Origin: the human T2T-CHM13v2.0 reference genome, Homo sapiens
Strand: one strand, 5' to 3'
Assembly (NCBI RefSeq): GCF_009914755.1
Contig: NC_060933.1
DNA length: 64,000 nt
Program-made: the position numbers and the translations under genes
The notes under the pieces: generated by a model
Database searches by the model: none
What the model was told of the DNA's origin: nothing
Seen by the model: only the letters and a program-made list of their open reading frames with translations
In this document: positions 56,126-64,000 of the stretch, piece after piece
Layout: every line of letters starts with the position of its first letter
How positions within the stretch are numbered: position 1 is the stretch's first letter

Positions 56126-56277
56126 TCATACATATATAAGATACAAGATATATAATATGTATCTTAGATATATATATCGTATATAAGATATACATATTTT
56201 AATTATCAAATAGTCTTATAGGTAAGATTTTATTATTTCCAGTTCACAGTTGAAGAGAAGTTCAGAGATGATAAATA

Positions 56278-58400
56278 CCATTCATTCATGTATTCATTTA
56301 GTGAGTAAATATTTCTTAAGCATAGCCTACCTGCCAGACACTGTGATAGTTGCTGCAGGTACAGTGGTCAACAAGTTATAATTCCTGTCTTCAGAACGTT
56401 ATAGTTAAGGGACAAAGACAAAGAAATAAAGGGCCAATTATTCTAGAGTGAGGTTCGAGAGGGAAGCACAGGGAGTTTTGGGAGTCAGGAAGAGGGACAC
56501 TTGATTAAAATGTGGCAACTAGGAAGGGTTTCCATGAGAAAGTGACATCTAATTTGAATCCTAAAGAGAAAGTAAGAAGTGGCCAGGTAAAGGGAGAGGG
56601 AGGTGAGGCTGGATTTCAAGGGAGAAAGATGTCATGTACAAGTCTGAGCCTTAAATTAGCATGACACACTCAATAAGGGTAGAGAATAAGGTTTGACGGG
56701 GAGCAAGGGATGTGTCCGAAAAGACAAGTGTACATCAGATACTGAATCACCCTAGCTGATGTGCTAAGAATCTTGAATTTTGCTTTGTAAGCATTTGGGA
56801 GCCATTTCAGGCAAAGGAGTGAATTATCTTATTTCTGTTTTAGAAGGGATAGAGAATATCTTAGAGCAGGGTATGGCAAAGTTTTTCTTTAATGGACTAT
56901 ATAGTAAATATTTTCTGCTTTATGGGCCATAATATTGCTGTTTTAACTACTCTGTCTTGCTGCTGTTATTCTAGCACAAAAGCTACCATAGATAATATGT
57001 AAATAAATTGACATAGCTATATCCCAAGAAAACTTTATTTGTAAAAATAGGCCAGATGTTGGATGTGGTCAATGGGCTGTAGTTTGCTGAATCTTGGTTT
57101 AGAAGGAAGTGACAGTCAGGAGATAGGAGGCTGTTATAGTAACCCAGTCAAGCAGCAGTGGCAGTCTAAAAGAACACAGGGATTATTCAGGTTAAAAACT
57201 GGACAGATTTAAGAGGTATTAAGGAAACAGTATTCATCATTTTCTTATATCTAGAGGATCTAGATATCACCAGGATCTAGAAATTGATTTAATCCACAAG
57301 TAGAAGACGAAAGGGGAGAAGTAGAAATGGCTCTCAGCTGACTGGTATGGAATTGGTGTAGATGACTGTGTTTCAACTGAAGACAGGGTTGAAATGGAAA
57401 AGCAGGCTGGTGGGGATGGGGCAGGGAAGAAAAATCCCATTTTAGATACATCAAGGATAAAATATGTGTCAATATCCAGATGGAGCTAGATGTTCAGGTG
57501 GACATCTTCTGGTTAGGTACTCAGGAGAGTAATTCAGGCCAGCCACCAAGATTTATTGATCATTAACATTTTTGAAGTATAATCAAAGGTAGAGGCATGA
57601 AAGAAATTTACCAAGGAGAGTAAGAAGAAAAGAAGCAGCTCAGAAATGAACCCCAGGGAATCTTGATACCTAAGGTATAGGTGAAGAAAGTGATTTCCAT
57701 GAAGGAAGCCACAGAGAGGTACGCAGAAACAAGAGAAGTAATGCCATGGAAGACAAGGAATTGATCCAGTAAAAGACAAAATCAACAGTATCTAATACTG
57801 TGTCCGTGACTTTTTGATCACTGATTTTGGATGGAACAATATCAGGGCAAGGGTAGAGAGTAAATCCTTTTTTTCCTTTTGATTGTTTATTTTTATTTTT
57901 AGTTTTTTAATTTGTAGGAATTTATGGAATGAAGTAAATCCTATTTGTAGTGAATAGAGGAGTATGGTAGAGGATGAGTTTTGACATCTCTTTTGAGAAA
58001 TATGATTGTGAGGTGGAGAAAAGAAATAGATGGGGGTATGTGTGATGTGTTTTAATAAAAAGAGCGAGATTAGATAATATTTACATTCTAATAGCATACT
58101 TTTCAAGAGGAAATATTGATGATGTGTCAAAGCAGGGTCATTGTTGGAGGAAGATCTCAGAAAAAGTGGTCAAAAACAGGTTCCAGGGACAAGGTTAAGC
58201 ACATACCCATAGGCAGAAGAAAGGTCACAGCTCTTTTCACTGGGACAGGGAAGCAGGAGGTAGGAAGGGTACCTAGCTTGTAGTAAGTTAGTAGGCGGGG
58301 AGTGGAGTAGGGAGCTGAGGGAGATCTATTTTCTCTGAGAAGTTTGAGGTAGAGTCTTTGCTGAGAAAGGAATAGTTACTACTGTTTGAAAGCTTAAAAG
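56278..58400 (-). mobile_element. Long L2 remnant
   Basis: cattcattcatgtattcattt...cctacctgccagacactgtg; gagaaagtgacatctaatttgaatc; further purine-rich L2 text. Confidence 0.75.
56867..57097. mobile_element. MER58A-like DNA transposon in L2
   Basis: cagggtatggcaaagtttttc...atagtaaatattttctgctttatgggccat...gtagtttgctgaatcttg. Confidence 0.8.
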
Positions 58401-60496
58401 ATATCAAGAGAGTTGAAAACATCCCTTTGGAAAGCTCAAGAGGAAAATAAAATACTTTTGGCAGGTCTTCAGCTTAGACAAGTCAAAGCTAGCATTGACG
58501 TTAATCTCTCTAAGGCTGGAATCACTATTTTGTCCATTACACCCATACTGCCAGTAAGAACTTACGCAATTTTCTAATTTTCATGGAACTACACTAGTTA
58601 CAAAAGACCACAGACATAGTGGTATCTACTTTTGAGGACTTGATCAATTTTTTTAGTTTTTCTTACATAACATGAATGAAGCACTAGAAGAGGCTTGTCC
58701 AAGAGGTACTGTGTACATAGAGACTTCCATATGTCCCCATGTGCTGTGAAGACAGCAGACTGGATGGGGAAATATTTTAAGATGCAATTTCTCAACCCTA
58801 AGCAAACAGCCTACTAAGGCATTGTTCCAAGTGTTATGTGAAGAGGATAGCGGAAATAAAACAAAGATAAATGATAATCAAAGCAGGGATGCATGAAAAC
58901 ACTTTATCCTTACAAGAAGAGCAACATCTCAAGTGAAAATTTCAGAAATCGTCAAGAGCAGCTCACAATATCTTGCTGTCTTAGCATATTTGAGGGTTGT
59001 GAAAATGACTCTTTCATGAGCTACACTCCTTAGACCAGAGAGAGAGAGAGGTGGGTTGAAAAATTTACTTGCTCTTTGAAAGTTTCTTTCTAATACTGTA
59101 TTATTTATGGTCAATCTCTTTCTTTTGGCCCCATAAAGTAGATATTTATTAGCAAATTTGAAACAGTCCAGAGTAAACTCACAGGTCAGTGATAAATTCA
59201 CACAGACCAGGTGATGAGAGTATATTCTGAGGCGAGCTCCCTTAGCTAACCCATGGATGAAAACACTGGAGGAAGGCTTTATTGCTGTTTCCTGGTGGAG
59301 TGTATTAATTTGTCTAATCCAATATTGTATGAGCCACTCTCTTATTATGCTGATAAACAGGGTTTGTTCTTATAAACTGGTTGGGTTCTTCTAATGTGCA
59401 TCACCAGGAGAAAAACATCAGAGGAAGTATGTGCAAGTTGGAATTAGAATAGATATTATAATTTACTTTCTTGGGATGGGCAGGGAGGATGTTTATAAAT
59501 GACAGAACGTTTCATCCAGTCAGTATTTATCAGTGTACATAGACTTGGTTATTTTGGACTGGCCAATTATGCACTATATTAATATTTTATGCACAGCACA
59601 CTACATTTCATAGTGTCACTAAAATTAAATCTGACTTCTACAAATACTGGCAGCAAACCAAGTCGTGTAAAACGTGGCTTTAGCATCATTCACTGGCATC
59701 TGTACTCTGTTCTAATCATCTCCAGTTCAAAGCAGCAGAAGGCCACATTTCTCCCCATAATAATTTGATAACTTAGATAATGTTTCAAACATGAAGGTTT
59801 GACCTTTCCTCAAACTGAAGGTTAAAGTTCCCCTTCCTTCAGGATTCTGTCACTGAGGTGATGTTCTCAGGAACTGTAGAGCTATGGTTAGCTATGGGGC
59901 ATAGGCGGTTCCCAGCCTCCTCTTCTGTATATGACCCACACTCTGAGGGGTCAAGGGGTCACTTTCAGGTTGAGAACTACAACTGTAGAGAATGGTGAGA
60001 TTGGGAAATATTTGTAAAGCATTTTCTGTATTAGTGAAGGATTATCAATGTTACATATGCACATGTATAAATTTATGATTGCTGAGGAAAAAACAATTAG
60101 CCAAGTCATAAACTATTCTTTTCTTCATATTTTAATTCTGATTTCCCAAATGCTTTGTAAGAGGCTTAGCCTTGTTTGCAGTTTTTAGTGTCCATAAATA
60201 AATGACAATTGATTTTCGATCTTACTAGATCTTGCTTTTCGTATCTCAAAGCCAGCTGAGCCCACACTTTCACAGGTGGATAGCTCTGTTCTAGACTTTT
60301 ATGTCTTAAACCATAAGTCAAAAGGAAAATTTACAAAATATGAAATCAATCCTGTTACTGCAGTTGTTTTTAAGGCATTGTTTTAATCTATATTACATGT
60401 TATTTTAATTGATCTTTATTGCTGTTACTTAATAGTTAAAGGGTTAATGATTAAAATTATTTCTTTAAGTTGCATGATAATGCATGAATGTATTAA

Positions 60497-60869
60497 TGTA
60501 TTAGTCAATTTTCATGCTGTTAATAAAGACATACCCAAGACTGGGTAATTTATAAAGGAAAGGGGTTTAGTGGCTCACAGTTTGTCATGGCTGGGGAGGC
60601 CTCAGAAAACTTAAAATCATGGCAGAAGGGGAAGCAAACACATCCTTCTTCACATGGCGGCAGCAAGGAGAAGTGCAGAGCAAAACGGGAAAATGCCCCT
60701 TATAAAATCATCAGATCTCATGAGAATTCACTCACTATCATGAGAACAGGATGGGGGAAACCACCCCCATGATTCAATTATCTCCATCTGGTCCCTCACA
60801 TGACACATGGGGATTATGGGAACTACAATTTAAGATAAGATTTGGGTGGGGACACAGCAAACCATATCA
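60497..60869 (-). mobile_element. THE1 solo LTR
   Basis: tgtattagtc...gacatacccaagactggg...gggtggggacacagcaaaccatatca; 5-bp TSD attaa/actaa. Confidence 0.93.
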
Positions 60870-61001
60870 ACTAAAGAGACGATTCTGGAGATTATTTTTA
60901 CTTCAGCAGCATGCAAAAATTTAAAAACTCTCTTAAGTTAAAAAATACATTTAAAAGGCAAATTATTGTAAACATAAAGTACAAAAATCAATCATGTAAT
61001 G

Positions 61002-61508
61002 CAGAGGTCCCTGACCTTTTTGGCACTAGGAACCAGTTTTGTGGAAGACAATTTTTCCATAGATCAGGGGTAGGTGGTTTCGAGATGATTCAAACACATT
61101 ACGTGTATTGTGCACTTTATGATTATTACACTGTAATATATAATGAAATAATTATACAACTCACCATAATGCAGAATCAGTGGGATCCCTGAGCTTGTTT
61201 TTCTGCAACTAAATGGTCCCATCTGGAGGTGATGGGAGACAGTGACAGATCATCAGGCATTAGATTCTCAAAAGGAGTGTGCAACCTAGATCTCATATGC
61301 ACAGTTCACAACAGGGTTTGTGCTCCTGTGAGAATCTAATGTCAGTGGCTGGTGATCTGACAGGAAGCAGAACTCAGGTGGTAATGCCAGCGATGGGGAG
61401 CAGCTGTAAATACAGGCAAAACTTCACTAGCTTGCTTTCTACTTGCTTCTTGCTGTGCAGCCCAGTTGCTAATAGGTCATGCACTGATACCAGGATTGGG
61501 GTCCCCTG
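61002..61508. mobile_element. MER1A (hAT-Charlie)
   Basis: cagaggtccctgacc...ttggggtcccctg; 8-bp TSD atgtaatg/atataatg. Confidence 0.9.
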
Positions 61509-61684
61509 ATATAATGGACTTTTGTGTCATCACCATTGAGATTAAGCAATTGACAATTTTTAGTATTTGTTTTAGAAAGGATATTTGGGATCTGAACAAT
61601 ATAATGAACAAGCTTTATGAAGGAATAAAAATAGCTTTGTTTCAACTGTTATTCTTTGATTTCTTTCTGTTATCTCATTAAACC

Positions 61685-63110
61685 TAAGTCAGCTAGCATC
61701 TTCCATATGATGTTGAATAGGAGAGGTGATGGCCAGCATTGTTGTCTTATTTTTGCTTTTGAGGGAAATGCTTCAAATAATTTACCATTAAATTTGCTGT
61801 AAGGCTTAGGGAAATAGATTTTACCAAATTAAAGACATTTCCTTCAATTCCTGATGCTCTAAGTGCCCCACCCCCACCACCATCTAGGAACAGATACTGA
61901 ATTTGATCACATATTTTCTTTTTTTTCCAGAAGTGAAGATGTTAATATGACATTTTGCTTCTACGATCTGTTAGTGTAGATAATTACATGAAAAACTTTC
62001 TTAATACTATTTTGTTTTCTAGATAAAAATGATTTTTCTATGATGCATGTGTATGGGAACAGCTCCCTCATGGCTGCTGGTGACCTTGAACATGTTCACA
62101 TAGACAGGAAGGGCAAAGGTTTGGAATACAGCTTATCTGAGTCTTCCAAGATCACCTTGTGATCCGCAGAATGCTAGAGGATAGGAGGGTTGGGAGGTGA
62201 TGTCTCCTACTCACCTCCTAGCTCCCCGCTGAAGCTATAATGGGACGGTTTTTCCTGTCTTCCTGAGTTCTTTTGAAGCATGATGTTTCCTGTCTGGTCT
62301 TCTTTAGAAAAGAGCTGCAGAGTATAAAACAGCTTAGCTGCAGTGAGTATCCCACAACTTGTATTGCAATCATTGGATTGGCTCTTTGTTCCAGTGCTGT
62401 CACTTTTGGTGTGTGGGACAAGCACCATGGAGAGTTGGCACCTTTGGCTACTCTTCCTTTCACTGTCTTTGTAAGTACATTTCCTGAAAGGAAAAGTGGC
62501 TTCAAGTGTCTTTACTGATCATAACCGTCAGGGCTTGGCTTTGGCCTTGCCTTGTCTTATGTGCTTGACAGAATCTTTGAAACATTGCTGGATTAAGTTA
62601 GCTAAATATTTTGCTTAGGGTTTTTGAGGATCTCTTCAACAGAAAAATAGGTCAAAAATCTTTCTTTTATGTATTGTCTTTGTGTTGAATATCTCGATGT
62701 ATTACTGATCTAATAGAACAGAGAGCTCTTTTTCTTCCTATGCTCCAGAGTAATTTAAACTAGACTTGAATTACCTGTTACTTGTCTACTAGATTAACTC
62801 ATCTAAAAAACATCTCTATACCTGATAGATTCCTTTGACTGGGGAAAGAAGATATTTTACTGCCAATTTAATATATTTAGTAGCTATAAGTCTATTCATA
62901 TTTTCTATTCCTTCAATTGTGTTAAATCCTCCCTTCTTACTTAATGTCCATTTTATATAGTGGCTTACAGTTGTTTATAGACTTTTATTTTTATTCCATT
63001 TATTTTAATCTTTACTGATTTCTTTAGTATTTCATGATACTTCTTTCGTGGCCTAGTATAGCTTCCGGTTTTATAATGTTTCCAAATGTGCTTGAAATAT
63101 GTATTCCTTA
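61685..63110 (-). mobile_element. Old L1M ORF2 fragments interrupted by an LTR-like segment (~62050-62570)
   Basis: atgttgaataggagaggtgatggccagcattgttgtctt; ggattaagttagctaaatattttgcttaggg. Confidence 0.55.
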
Positions 63111-63112
63111 AC

Positions 63113-63448
<336 letters not shown>

Positions 63449-64000
63449 TAAGGAAGTGTTCTACATATATCTGGTAAAACAAAGTTGATTATGTTGTTTA
63501 AATCTATGATATTCTTGTTAACTACATTGCCTGGTGAACCATTATTTGCAAAGATAGAAATGTTAAAAATCTCAGACAAGGTCTGAGTTTGGGTATGACC
63601 TAAAATGACTCTAGTAATAATATTATTTTGCCTTCCTCATAGTTTGGGAGTATCAGGTATATATGAAATGCTTTATATAGTATAAATTGTTGAGTTATAT
63701 AAGGTACTAGTTATGTATGTACGTTGCATAGGTGGGCAGTTCTGACAGTATCACACAGGAAGAGCCATGTGGGAGATGTCAGGTGCCCTGAGGTGTAGAC
63801 AGTGGTGGTGATCATTCTGAGTGCATCACATGGCTCCATTCTGCAGTGGCCCTGCTGCTTGGGTTGTATTGATTCCACCTGTTCCTATTTGCAGGCAAGA
63901 TCCCTAGTTGGTTTAAGTATTTTGTGCCTTGTCAAAACTATTGGTGCAAAGGACATTTACCTGTCTACTGTGATTTATAGTATGCAAATTACCTAAGATG

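Overview
Primate (human-like) nuclear DNA, AT-rich and dominated by interspersed repeats: L1 of many ages, about 12 Alus, L2/MIR, solo LTRs and hAT/mariner MITEs. I cannot support any intact protein-coding gene; most listed ORFs are repeat-derived or chance. The main non-repeat feature is a ~3.8 kb nuclear mitochondrial insertion (NUMT, ~7551-11351). Read on the minus strand it runs: control region, tRNA-Phe, 5' 12S, [tail-less Alu at a ~3.4 kb deletion], tRNA-Met, ND2, the WANCY tRNA cluster with OL, and 5' COX1. Its COX1 keeps ancestral mammalian rather than human residues, and its control region is longer than the human one, so it looks like a fossil of an ancestral primate mtDNA. Other structures worth attention are a perfect 50-bp inverted duplication around an AT-rich VNTR (55382-56125), two adjacent 5'-inverted (twin-primed) L1s, an apparently full-length ancient L1M with TSDs containing an orphan MIR/L2-like insert, and a CpG-enriched unique segment with a first-exon-like ORF on the minus strand (41782-42131). 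I see no convincing novel multi-gene system. Repeat family calls are from recalled consensus motifs, and boundaries without TSDs are approximate.
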